Notes: generated by a model from the letters alone, not told the origin. Positions 36,638 to 49,450 are shown, counted from the first letter of the whole stretch. The stretch is DNA of 63,654 nt, filler included, from Octopus bimaculoides (GCF_001194135.2; 6 parts of 5 records of this genome joined end to end with filler, not necessarily neighbours in it); one strand, 5' to 3'. Translations and numbers: made by a program.

Positions 36638-36673
<36 letters not shown>

Positions 36674-37699
36674 CTATGGACGGACGGTAGACGTGTCGGC
36701 TCCGTAAGTTTTGCCTTTTTCATGTTTTAAAAAGTTTGTTTGTAAAGTTTATTTTATATACAAAGTTGTATAACAACTTGTAGACTCTCTGGTGCAAGTT
36801 TTTTGCAGCGGAAATCTGCCCTGTGTGGCACATTTCCAGGATATAAAAACCAATTTCGGCTTTCTAGCCATTTGTTTTTGAGACGATGGCGTCTTGTAGC
36901 CATGAAAATCTTTGTGACACGAACGCTGCATTTTGCAGTGTTTCGTTCGAAAAAGAATTTCCTAGTCTTCCTTCCTCACAGTTAAACGAGAGAATGGAGA
37001 AAAAGAAAAAAGAATTTACACACACNNNNNNNNNNNNNNNNNNNNNNNNNNNNNNNNNNNNNNNNNNNNTTAATTAATTAANNNNNNNNNNNNNNNNNNN
37101 NNNNNNNNNNNNNNNNNNNNNNNNNTATATATATATGACAGACCATGCCTTTCTTGTACTGGGCCTAAAATTCATATGCGGATCCATGAAAAACGAACCT
37201 TCACCAACTACTCTACCTATCTGTCAGTGCATACCTGTCACTGCCATGTATGCCATAAGATCTGCAAATCTAACGGAGGGTTCATGATATTTTAAGACCC
37301 ACAAGTATCAGAACTTAACTGCAATTCTTCGTTAACCGAATCAGATATGCAATCTATGTGGGTGTCTTTTCAAAACATTGTCTGGTTTAGAAAGCTACAT
37401 CAGCTGTCATGCTGGTTCTAAGGTGTAGGTACAGGAGGTGGCCAAACACTGCATAAGGAGTAGACAACCACCACATATATATATATATATATATATATTG
37501 TCCATAAGCACCCACTAATTATTCCTGCTACTAATTCCTTCCACTACGTCTCACACACACACACACACACAAACACACACATACACACTAACAGATAAAC
37601 CACCAAACCACGCACACACACATACATACGCACACACACGTTCTGTTATTACACACGCACTTGCAGACTCTCGCGCACGCAGATATTCACCTCCCTTTT

Positions 37700-37930
37700 T
37701 CACTCTCCTGTCTTAGAAAGAACTCTTCCTCCACCACCTCCTCTTCCGGTCCTTCCACAATGTAACCTCGTGGGCATCGGTGCCGATTTTCTCTTCCTCC
37801 GTTTTTCCATTCTTTGAACTTTCCGTCTTTCCGACGAAGGGCTCCGCCCGAAACGTCGTACTCTCTCTCTTTCCTTTCCCGAGCGTCCAATAACACTATC
37901 TGTATCACGTCCTCACTTTGTTGTTTTTTT
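37700..37930 (+). mobile_element. Penelope-like element 3'/pseudo-LTR remnant with a hammerhead-like core
   Basis: CCGACGAAGGGCTCCGCCCGAAACGTC at 37831-37857, preceded by decayed PRGI-x-ADF codons resembling the PLE ORF C-terminus. Confidence 0.6.
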
Positions 37931-38239
37931 GTTATTGTTTTTTGTGTTTTTTTGAACTTATATATATATATATATATATCATCATCATCATCATCATCAT
38001 TATCATCGTTTAACGTCCGCTTTCCATGCTAGCATGGGTTGGACGAATTGACTGGGGACTGGCGANNNNNNNNNNNNNNNNNNNNNNNNNNNNNNNNNNN
38101 NNNNNNNNNNNNNNNNNNNNNNNNNNNNNNNNNNNNNNNNNNNNNNNNNNNNNNNNNNNNNTTACGTGCCGCCTGCACAGGAGTCAGTCCAATATATAAT
38201 GTGTATGTGTGTGTATTTATATTTTTTCTCTCACTTTCC

Positions 38240-38328
<89 letters not shown>

Positions 38329-38549
38329 AGATGTTTTCCGATCAAGCGGTTTTAGCAATACAAAATTAAAGAAAGTCGCGCGCTATACACACGTGCATGT
38401 ACGTAAGTGCAACTATGTATGTATGTATGTATGTATGTATGTGTGTATATATAATACAGATATGTATACATATATTTATATACATCATATATAAACGCAT
38501 ACCAACTTGTAAGTATATATAATTACACACACGCAGACAGACACACATG

Positions 38550-38597
<48 letters not shown>

Positions 38598-39784
38598 CAT
38601 ACAAATATACATGGTCTTCATATTTATATACATGCATGCATACATACATACAAACATACATACGTATAGACAAACATACGCACACACACACATGCTTTTA
38701 TATATATTTATATATGCATATATAGATAGAAAGATAGATAGATAGATATAGATATATAAACACACATACACGCAGATAATAGATTTTTCAATGTCGACGT
38801 CATCATCATTATTAGATCGGCGTCGACTATTTTCAGCTCAGACAAAAAAAAAAAAATCACAAAAAAAAAAAACAAAAAAACAAAAACAAAAACAAAAATC
38901 AAAAGAACAATACGTACACAAGCAACAACAACAACAACAGCAACAATAACAGACACCCCATCAACTGGCCCCCGTCCACTAAATACAACTGTACTTATAC
39001 TGCTGGCTCATCTCCACCAATACATACATATATACATACATACATACAAGCATAGTAAGTATGCATTATGTAGCCAATGTGTGGCTGATGTGCAACCAAT
39101 GTGCAGTCAGTGTGCAGTTCAGACAATGCACCAAAATAATAGTAAGAATAATACCTACAAAATACTCGAATGTATCGACTCGAATGTAAAACCACCGCAC
39201 TCCCGACGGAGACTTAAGTACAAAGTGAAAGGCCGCCTGCGCGCGTGTGTATGTTCTTTAATTCGAATCAATCATGCGGCTGCGGTCATGCTGGTGCTGC
39301 ACCGTGATTTCTCACCTTTTAATTATGATTCTCCTTCGGCTGGTTTCCCCAGGGTGGAGGGGTTTCACACCACCACTCCTCTATGTTGCTTTTGTCCCCG
39401 GCTTTTGGCCCATTTGGTCTATAAGGGAGTTTGACTCCGCTGTCCTCGCCTCTACCTCATGCCGGAATGTTCTTATGCACCCCCCCACACACACACACGT
39501 AGCCGTACCCGTACCCCAGCTATTAGCTGTCAGTTATATTTATAATGTTTAGACACAATTGTTAGTCTAAATATGGTGTTTGCACACCGCATCTCTCTTC
39601 ACCCACCTTAGAGAACACTAGTGCATGTGTGTGCGTAGGGGAGGGGAGCATTTGGAGATGGAGGTTGCGTATTTATACATATATACATATATACATATAT
39701 ACATACATACCTACATGCATTCATACATACATACATACATACATACATACATGTGTACATACATACTATGTATATTGTATATTA

Positions 39785-39911
39785 CAGGGTGTCCACAAAG
39801 TCTGGGTACATGGGGTTTAACACATACTTTAAGAAATTATTATTTCTTATATTTAATTGTTTATGTTATGGTTTTATCTACTCCATGTACCCAGACCTTG
39901 TGGGCACCCTG
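39785..39911. mobile_element. 127-bp Tc1/mariner-type MITE
   Basis: 32-bp TIRs CAGGGTG(T/C)CCACAA(A/G)GTCTGGGTACATGG(G/A)GT with 3 mismatches; TA at 39783-39784 and 39912-39913. Confidence 0.92.
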
Positions 39912-39932
39912 TATATAAGTATATTGATATAT

Positions 39933-40095
39933 AAAGGGGCACTGAAAAGTTCCTGGCTTTAAGGGTCTCGCAAAATCCTGGTTTCGAAGCCCAACCTTCC
40001 AAGTTCTTTTACAGGACTTGGAAAAAATTGCAGGACTGCTGCAATAAGTGTGTGAATCTAAGAGGGGAATATGTTGAATAAAATCATAATTAACC
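39933..40095. mobile_element. Mariner-like terminal fragment
   Basis: AAGGGGCACTGAAAAGTTCCTGGC resembles a mariner (CGAGGG...AAAAGT) TIR after TA. Confidence 0.45.
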
Positions 40096-40152
40096 GATCC
40101 TCCTCTATTTTCTTTTACGGAACCCAGGACCTTTTCTGTACCCTGTCGTTTG

Positions 40153-40476
40153 CACTAGCGTAGCTAGAGTGTGTGCCGCCCGGGGCGGCCCTTCTGTTTG
40201 CCTCCCCCAGACCCTTTTGTGATATATTTTCAAAATCAAATGATTTGAATAAGTAATTGCAAGGAAACACAGAAACTCCCGTTGATTGTAAATCATTTAT
40301 TACTACTTTCATTTCGAAATTGGTGTTGTACAAGACTAACATTTCAAAACGTCAATTCCATCAATTTCCACATCTTGATTCTTTAAAAACACATATTGCC
40401 TACAGCAGACCCAAAAGAGGTGCCCCTTTAAAAATGCCGTCCAGGACCGTCCTTACCGCCCCCAGCTACACTAGTA
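40153..40476. mobile_element. hAT-like non-autonomous element
   Basis: TIR CACTAGCGTAGCT / AGCTACACTAGTA (11/13), GC-rich subterminal repeats, imperfect 8-bp TSD GTCGTTTG / ATCGTATG. Confidence 0.7.
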
Positions 40477-40687
40477 ATCGTATGTATATAGTATATATAG
40501 TTTATAGCAGAGACTCCATCGAAGAATATCTGAAGAAGGAATTGTATTCCGAAATATCATTGGACTATAGATAACTAAATTACAACAAGTATATAGTCCT
40601 TTTTTTTTTTGTATTATAGTGCATTTGTTGTACCATTCAAAACATTTTATTCTTTACAATATATATACTATATACATAAGATTACTA

Positions 40688-40759
<72 letters not shown>

Positions 40760-41670
40760 AACACTTTTCCAGTGCGCTAACCGAGATATTACATAATATT
40801 ACATAATATATTTATATATCACGCACGCACACGCTCATCAACACCAGCAATAATTCGGTTAGCGCTCTAGAAACGTTTCTAAAACAAGCCCCCAAGAAAC
40901 ATTCCACCGCTATACGGGGGTCATTCTAACATAACATCACAATATAATATAAATAGCGGTAGGAGTTTGTCAGTCTATTTTTAGCCGTGATACTAACCGC
41001 ACAAAGGAAGATGATAAGGCATCGGTTGAATAACTGAGTAACACAGACTAGATGCTGCACCCGGCAGGCATTTAGAGAAGTTCGGATAGAACTACTCTAC
41101 GTCATGGGTAGGTTATATATTGTGTTCTAAAACTGTAATAGATATATCTACACGAACTAGTTGGAAGAAAGCGGTATTAAACATCAGGAAGTGGAACGGA
41201 GAATTGTGACAGGAGACGATCACTTCTGCCCTGTATTCTGGACATGACACTTAAAAAGAAAATAAAAAGAAACATACGAATACAAGCGTGCCCACCTCCA
41301 CAGATTTTGTTTCCTTTTGACTTTCAGAAAATTAGACGTATTTTAATGAATTTTTTTTTCCCCGGCGTGTGGTAAGAAGTTCGTTTCCCAGCTACATGGT
41401 TCCGAGTTCTGTTCTACAGCGTTGCAACTTGGGCAAGTGTCTTCTACTCTAGCTCAGGGCCGACCAAAACCTCTTGAATGGATTTGGTAGATCGTATATA
41501 TATTAAAAAAGTGGAAATGTGTGGATTAGTTAGGGATGTTGGACTTATAATCGTAAGATTGTGGTTTCAGTTACTCCACCACACTATTGCAGCCGCCGGA
41601 AAATATACGTAGCGTATCCATTACGTATATGTTGTTAATAATATCTATTATACTAGAGCTGCTTTTGTTT

Positions 41671-41702
<32 letters not shown>

Positions 41703-41806
41703 NNNNNNNNNNNNNNNNNNNNNNNNNNNNNNNNNNNNNNNNNNNNTTAATTAATTAANNNNNNNNNNNNNNNNNNNNNNNNNNNNNNNNNNNNNNNNNN
41801 NNTATA

Positions 41807-41839
<33 letters not shown>

Positions 41840-42284
41840 AAGTTTGTGTGTGTATGTGTGTGTGTCTGTGTGTCTGTGAATGATGTGTCTTATTTATGTG
41901 TGTGTATGTGTATGTGTGCGTATGTATGTATGCTTTTATGTATGTGTGTGGGGGGGGGGTGTATGCATGTATGTATATAATTTAAAAAAAACGTAATATA
42001 TAAGTGACAACGAGTCATATTGGATATTCTACTACTTACAATTATCATTAATTGTATTTCGGAAATTTCTACAATTTACTGGATCTTGCCTCCATTTGAA
42101 CTTGAAAAGCAACGAAATCAACTAGCGATTCTCGTAAGACCCTTAATTGCATAAAGGCATAAGTTTCTATTCATGGGTCATTGGCTCGAAAGTTACTCGT
42201 AAGCCTAATTAGGAATTTTGTTTAGGTTTATAACCTTCTTTCTCAAACGTTTACTATTAATAAAATGGCTGCTTTCGTTAATGT

Positions 42285-42677
42285 GTTCTTGTTGTTGGCA
42301 CTCCGTCGCTTACGACGTCGAGGGTTCCAGTTGATCCGATCAACGGAACAGCCTGCTCGTGAAATTAACGTGCAAGTGGCTGAGCATTCCACAGCCACGT
42401 GTACCCTTAACGTAGTTCTCGGGGGATATTCATCGTGACACAGAGTGTGACAAGTCTGACCCTTTGAAATACAGTTACAACAGAAACAGGAAGTAAGAGT
42501 GAGAGAAAGTTGTGGTGGAAGAGTACAGCAGGGTTCGCCACCATCCCCTGCCAGAGCCTCGTGGAGCTTTAGGTGTTTTCGCTCAATAAACACTCACAAC
42601 GCCCGGTCTGGGAATCGAAACCGCGATCCTATGACCACGAGTCCGCTGCCCTAACCACTGGGCCATTGCGCCTCCAC
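42285..42677 (-). mobile_element. Full-length young SINE family B
   Basis: Complete tRNA-like head with CpGs intact, (AAC)n tail, 12-bp TSD TTTCGTTAATGT (42273-42284, 42678-42689). Confidence 0.95.
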
Positions 42678-43071
42678 TTTCGTTAATGTATATAGCTATA
42701 TACATGACAGATATCATTAAGTTAAAATTCCAAGTGGACACCCTATGTTCAAGTAAATACAAGTACCAACATAAAAAAGTGGTCATCAAACAGCTGTGAT
42801 TTATCTAATCTAAAAGCATTATTTGTTTTAATTTTTATTATAAAGGCGTGCCTTTTGGCCGCCATAGCTACACTTAACTGCTTTGGCACCGAACCAAATA
42901 ACTTTATAACGATATGATTCCACATAGCACAATACCAGCCTCTATCTTGCAATAGTAAACCTTAAGATATCATCACGCGCTGCGTTTTTTTTTTTTTTAT
43001 AAGAAACAATACCATTTTCCTAGGCATCCGTTTATATCTTACTGTGATGAAGATAGAAAAGCAAAAAGTGG

Positions 43072-43110
<39 letters not shown>

Positions 43111-43279
43111 TAAATGAAAATAAGGAAATGTAATTATATTTAAAATTTTAGTAAGTCTAAGCTGGTATATAGAGTTACAGACATATACACATAAGTATAT
43201 ACGAACGCTGCGCTATACAAACATTTACTGAAAGCCATATAAATATAATGGTTATAATGAGTTTACTGTTGCATGTTTT

Positions 43280-43620
43280 TATAGACCGAGAGGTGCGCAT
43301 GCGCTTGCAGAAGTGAAACACGGAGGTAATTAAATACGTATCTTCTCATCTGTTTAACAAATTAGCGGATGAACAATAAAAATCTACAGGTTGGACTTTA
43401 ACCAAAAGATTCTGTTTATGAATTCCGCCCAACTTTTCAAACACTTAATTTCATTTCTTGCGTCATGATCATAATAATAGTTTGCGCCCGGTGTTATTTT
43501 ATCCGTATAATGCCGTTGTCTTATGAGACTTCATTGCAGACCGGCTTGAGAGCGTTAACGCGTCATTTTCTATCGTTAGGTTCCTGTTTATAAGATAAGC
43601 GTTCGCAATTATTATTATTT
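43280..43620 (+). promoter_or_regulatory. Candidate promoter / non-coding first exon with an NRF1-type motif
   Basis: TGCGCATGCGC at 43294-43304, candidate donor GAG|GTAATT at 43326, CCGCCC box and CpG-rich unique sequence downstream. Confidence 0.45.
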
Positions 43621-43819
43621 CAATTCTAATTTAGTAAACAAAACTACTTGATTTCATATTGTTTATTATATTCTGCCAAAATGCTTATTTCCTAACAGGA
43701 ATTAAACAAAATATTATAAGAAATAAAGGAGAACTGAATTACTTATTGAAAATAAAGTTTCAAATTTAATACGATAAGAAAAACGACACGAAAATACAGT
43801 GCCGAATTATTAGAATTTA

Positions 43820-44240
43820 CGGTAGTAAATTGGCTTCAAATTTTGCCACAATGTAAGCAATTTCGGGAAGATGTTAAGTCGAGTACATCGACTCCAGTGC
43901 TCAATTGGGACTTATTTTATCGACCCTGAAGAGATGAAAGGCAAAGTCGACCCTGGTGGCATTTGAACTCAGGATGTAAAGTCAGAAGAAATGCCACTAA
44001 GCATTTATTTCTCTATTGCCCACTGGGGGCTAAACATAGAGGGGACAAACAAGGACAGACAAAGTTAAGTCGATTACATCGTCCCCTGTGCGTAACTGGC
44101 ACTTATTTAATCGACCCCCGAAAGGATGAAAGGCAAAGTCGACCGCCGTGGAGTTTGAACTCAGAACGTAACGGCACACGAAATACCGCTAAGCATTTTG
44201 TCCAGCGCGGTAACGATTCTGCTAGCTTGCCGCCTTCGAC
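43820..44240 (-). mobile_element. Two tandem family C SINEs
   Basis: Two reverse-complement copies of the GATGAAAGGCAAAGTCGAC...GAACTCAG...GCTAAGCATT block. Confidence 0.85.
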
Positions 44241-44855
44241 CGATTCGGTAAATTAATTGACGGTGGTAGAAGGTGATATTCGCATGAAGCAATATCAGAA
44301 AAATACGGAAAATACGTACACTTATCATGTCAATCAATTAATTATAACTTCATGAAACTGAGGGAGCTTTTAGACTCGATCGAGAATAGGATAAAGTGTC
44401 TTATGGTGTTATTTAGTTATGACTCTCATTACATTCTGAATCATTACAACCTGCTGAGGTTGACTTGATCTTTCAGACTTCTGGAGGTCGATAATATAAG
44501 TACAAAATCAACTTTATCAATCTACAAAAGATTCTGGCGTTCTGCCTAGATTAGAAACCAACACTGTTGACTGGAAACCACGTGTTTTTTTAGAGACGTA
44601 GCTTAAACAGAAATGTTTAGTAGAATTTAATGTTTACATTGACCATTAATGTTGTAACATGTACTGTAATATATATAGCATTTTTTTTTTACTTATCACT
44701 CATGTATACAGAGGAGGAGAGGGAAGAGAGAAGGATAGAAAGAGAGAGAAACATATGGCGGGTTCTTCGTTGGTGTTGACGACGAGCATTTATCCGTTGG
44801 GCTAAGTGAACTCCTACACCTGGAATAAATATGTAAATGGCGTCGAGGATTTAAG

Positions 44856-45170
44856 TATCATGGCTCAGTGGTTAAAGCGTCGAGCTAACAATCATGAGGT
44901 AGTGAGATAGATTCCTGGATACAGGGCTAAGTGGCCTGTTCTGGAGCAAGGCACTTTATTTCACGTTGCTCCAGTTCACTTAGCTGTAGAAATCAGTTAC
45001 GATGTCATTGGTGCCAAGCTGTGTCGCCGTTTGCCCTTCCCTTGGATAACATCAGTGGCTTGGAGATGGCAGACTGGTATGTAGGGGCAGTTGCTGGTCT
45101 TCTTGTGCTTCGGGGGGGAACCTTCTAGGTGCAATCCCATAGTCATTCATGACCGAAGGAGGTCTTTATT
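44856..45170 (+). mobile_element. SINE family D (tRNA-like head)
   Basis: ATGGCTCAGTGGTTAAAGCGTCGAGCT head, similar to 50721-50425. Confidence 0.8.
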
Positions 45171-46043
45171 TAAATATTATACAGAAACGTGTAACGCTTA
45201 ATGTGACTTTCAGACGGAACCAGTGTGATACAATATGGCAAGGCTGAACCTTTGAGTGACAGGTACAATCGAGAGTTAAAGAATGAAGTAGAGGGTAGTA
45301 TTGATCCTAGGACTGAACTGGTAAGTTGTTTATCGATTCTGAAAGATGAAAGCGGTGTTGATCTTGGCAGGACTTGGACTTAGATATCAGAGAACCTGAA
45401 TGAATATCATAGATGGATTTGGTATTAGTTTTTATTCCGTACGACGATCGACCCGTTTTGTAATTGCCCTTTATGGGTGGGATTTTCTGCATCATGTTGC
45501 GTTGCCCCGCTAAAAATACTTTTAGCAAGACACCACTTTATGTATGCATGTACCTGATGTGACCCAGACTGCAAAATTGATACAACACAATAGGATGCAG
45601 AACATCCCGCCCACAAAGGACAGTCATAAGACGGTTCGAAACAACCATTGTACGGAATAAAAATCAATACCAAATCCATCGTCTGTTTCCTAAATCGAAT
45701 ATATATACATATATAAAGCCTTCTGAATGGATTTGGCAGACGGAAACTGAAAGAAGCTCGTCGAAAATATATATATATGTATNNNNNNNNNNTTGTTCGG
45801 TACCATGTGGTTGGGAAACAAGCTTCTTACCATACAGCCACGCCTGCGCTTATATATATACTGTATATATATCGTGACATATAATTACCATCCAAGTGTG
45901 GTGTCCTATACAGGACAGTGCTACTGACGTTTATAGCCTCAGGAAGACATCTCCTCCAGCTGGCAAACAACACATTTTGTGTCCAATTAGTATTTGCGAG
46001 GAGAGGTCATCGCTCCCATCTTTAGCCTTACGTGATACACACG

Positions 46044-46116
<73 letters not shown>

Positions 46117-46123
46117 TGTGTGC

Positions 46124-46476
46124 ATAGCAATAAGAAAATGGAGGAGAATATGTGGTACTCATCAACTTGCAGACATTGTATTATGTCAAGTTACCTGTTT
46201 ATTTTTCAACTAAAATGACAATAAAACTAATATACAAACACATATGACATATTATGTCATATCAGTAATTAAAAATTAAAAAGGACATCTAGTGACTCCC
46301 TTCGGTCACTAGATGTCTTTTTAAATTTTTATTACTGATATGACATAATATGTCATATGTGTTTGTATATTGTTTTTATTGTCCTCTTGGTTGAAAAATA
46401 AACAGGTAAATTGACATAATACAATGTCTGCAAGTTGATGAGTACCACATATTCCCCTCCATTTTCTTATTGCTAT
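46124..46476. mobile_element. Foldback element / long inverted repeat (arms 173 and 172 bp, 8-nt loop)
   Basis: 46124-46296 is the reverse complement of 46305-46476, with about 10 differences by eye. Loop TCCCTTCG; TA at both outer ends. Confidence 0.95.
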
Positions 46477-47654
46477 ATAAATTAAGGGTAAAATTTCCCT
46501 TTTACCCGCAACCATTTATTGCACTTGGTAAAAACACTAGTGTAATAGTAATTGGGTATCCTTCCAATCCCTTAGTGGGTTGGATTCACAACCCCTAACT
46601 TTCTTGCATTNNNNNNNNNNNNNNNNNNNNNNNNNNNNNNNNNNNNNNNNNNNNNNNNNNNNNNNNNNNNNNNNNNNNNNNNNNNNNNNNNNNNNNNNNN
46701 NNNNNNNNNNNNNNNNNNNNNNNNNNNNNNNNNNNNNNNNNNNNNNNNNNNNNNNNNNNNNNNNNNNNNNNNNNNNNNNNNNNNNNNNNNNNNNNNNNNN
46801 NNNNNNNNNNNNNNNNNNNNNNNNNNNNNNNNNNNNNNNNNNNNNNNNNNNNNNNNNNNNNNNNNNNNNNNNNNNNNNNNNNNNNNNNNNNNNNNNNNNN
46901 NNNNNNNNNNNNNNNNNATATATATATATATATAAATTTATGTTAATTCACCAAGAAGCGAGAAATTACAGGACTCAATACGTAAGTGTAGAGTACCCAT
47001 TAATACATTATTATGATTGAAAACCTCATAATTTCCACAACTCCGGTATTGTTGTTTTGTGTGTGTATGTGTGCGCGCGTGTGTGTGTGTGGTATGAGAT
47101 ATAATTAATATTATTAAAGCTATTTCATGTAGTTATTAAACTCGACTCCACGCTTACAGTTACATAATGCATTGTAATAAAACATGTAAATGTTACCGGA
47201 GGTTCGTCGTTATAGGGTTATGTAGCTATTTGCTTAAAACATTTATAACAGCTATAAAAAAAAAGCTTGATAAGCTATCTGCTAAGAAATGTTTATTGTA
47301 GTTGTAAACATGGCTTAAGAATGTTATAAACTTCGTGTTAATGTACCTTGAGCATTCCATTTTCTTTGTAAATTAATGATTGCCTCGGCTAACCTAGACA
47401 ATTAGAGAATCTTAGTTGCTTCGAGAATTAAGAGGCTATTTAAAGGTGGCGAAGTGACAGAGTCACTAACGCAACTCACAAATGCTTAGTGATATTTCTT
47501 CCAGCTCTATACGCTCCGCGTTCAAATGCTGCTGATGGTGACATTGCCTTTCGTTCTTTTGTGGTCGATAAAATATAGTGCCAGACTAGTACTGGAGTTG
47601 ATGTAATCGACTTAGCCACTTACCTAAAATTTCTGGTCTTGTACCGAAATTTCA

Positions 47655-47935
47655 AACCATCATTAGTCGGCTTATTTTTTCCTTAATGGCTGTAGTGAAT
47701 GGGACAGTGCTCATGGCAGTGAGACAGGTGTGATTGATACGATTACTGCTCCTCTTGAACCATCGCAAATCAACATTTATGAGAAAGATACGACTAGGGA
47801 GAGCGGAGTTCCAGAGAGATGGTGTTCTGAGAAAGGAAAAACTTAGTGAGGTGATTAGTATGGGATCGGGTGGAGGTGGACACAACAAAGGTGCTGAAAG
47901 GAGGAGGCACGTGTGATGATCAGGACTGAGAAACA
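47655..47935 (-). mobile_element. Old CR1/Jockey-group LINE 3' coding end
   Basis: SFSFLRTPSLWNSALPSRIFLINVDLRWFKRSSNRIN resembles the SFFPRTxxLWNxLP...FK C-terminal motif. Confidence 0.7.
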
Positions 47936-48189
47936 GAGACCATCATAACATCATTATCTTTTACTTGTTCAGTCATTGGGCTGCGGTCAACGGGTTTAAT
48001 CGAATTGACCACGGTACTCTTTTGACTATCGGGTATTTATTCCATCGCTCTCTTTTACCGAACGGTTGTTACGAGAACGTAAACAAGCCAGCACCAGCTG
48101 CCACGCAGGTTGTGAATAAATATAAGCACAAAGACACCACACACGCACGCACTATTCGGGTAGTCAGGGAAAAAAGAAAGATAAAATGT

Positions 48190-48545
48190 TCACACAAAAT
48201 TGGAGATATTAAAGTTTCTAAATCTTTTAGAGATGTTCGTTTGTTTGTCCGTTCAGAGAAGACTGTAGTGTTTTCGCATAAAATTGTAGATATTAAGGTT
48301 TTAAAATTTACTGGAGATGATCTATTGTCTGTCCGACCAAAGACAACTGTAGTGTTCTTGGAATAAAGAGGATGTTTACATTTTCGAATACTCAGAGAGA
48401 AAGGAAAGGATAGGTATTCACAGAAGTTGTAGATATTAAAGGTTTTAAAGCTGATCGTTTGTGTGTTCGAAAACTGTAGATATGTAAGTTTCTTAACTTA
48501 TTTTGAGGGAAATTCAAAAGACTCACAGGTAATTGTAGATATTCT
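48190..48545. repeat. Degenerate 84-bp tandem repeat with further partial copies
   Basis: Units at about 48190-48273 and 48274-48357 share CA(C/T)AAAATTG(G/T)AGATATTAA...ACTGTAGTGTT. The TGTAGATAT motif recurs at about 48430, 48476 and 48534. Confidence 0.7.
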
Positions 48546-48674
48546 AGTCTTTGAGAGTTATTTTTCAGTTGTCCTGCTGGGTTGTATTAGTGCTTCTGTG
48601 TCTTCAGCTGCCGACATGTCAGAGCAGCGAAGAACACCATTTCTCAGAGCAGTGAAGAACACCGTCAGAGCAGC

Positions 48675-48709
<35 letters not shown>

Positions 48710-48760
48710 TTATGAAAACTCTGTTTATCTTGATGGGTATGATGGAAAGTGTCAGCTGTC

Positions 48761-48797
<37 letters not shown>

Positions 48798-49086
48798 TTT
48801 GAAGAATTAAATACATCGGATGAAATGCTTAGCAGCATCTCTGAGGCAAAAATGGTTAGGGTGAATGGAACCACTCTAAGCACGTTCTTGTACATTGGAG
48901 AACAGTTAGGAGATGACTCGTACTCTTCATGATCAGGGAAATTCGGGCTCCATGGGGTTTCTTCATTAGCCTTAGTTGAAGGCTCTCCTGTATCAGGAGG
49001 ATTTTCATCCATATTTTTTATACAATGTATATATTTTTTCTTTCTGTCTTTCCTCTCTCTTTCTTCCCATCATCTTTTTATGTAAC

Positions 49087-49122
<36 letters not shown>

Positions 49123-49224
49123 CGTGCGCACGCACGCACACACACAACACGTGCAAAAAATGTAAACTGTCCTTGTAAAGTATTCCCCATTTGATGTCCC
49201 TGCAGCAAATAAGAGAATTCAACA

Positions 49225-49262
49225 TAATCATCACCACCACCACCATCATCATCATAATCATT

Positions 49263-49293
<31 letters not shown>

Positions 49294-49306
49294 CTATCAC
49301 CACCAC

Positions 49307-49339
<33 letters not shown>

Positions 49340-49450
49340 TAGCACCACCATCATCATCATCATCATCATTAGCACCACCACCATCATCATCGTTATTATC
49401 ATTGTTGTTGTTATTATTAATGTTGTTCTTATTGTTATGACTATTATTAT
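49225..49450. repeat. Compound (ATC)/(ACC)/(ATT)/(GTT) trinucleotide tract
   Basis: Direct reading of the sequence. Confidence 0.95.

Noticed and set aside
38770-38836. Minus-strand exon candidate encoding ENSRRRSNNDDDVDIEKSIIC, with a GTCGACG/CGTCGAC inverted repeat
   Set aside because: The acceptor is a rare GAG, the donor lies in a microsatellite, and there is no supporting neighbour exon.
42600-42677. tRNA genes at SINE heads (also 50640-50721, 26703-26775)
   Set aside because: A and B boxes are present, but the acceptor stem is not closed and the sequence continues into SINE bodies with tails and TSDs.
48752-49012. 86-aa minus ORF (DENPPDTGEPSTK...)
   Set aside because: No acceptor or good start; the 3' part runs into a SINE head and (ATT)n; no recognisable homology.
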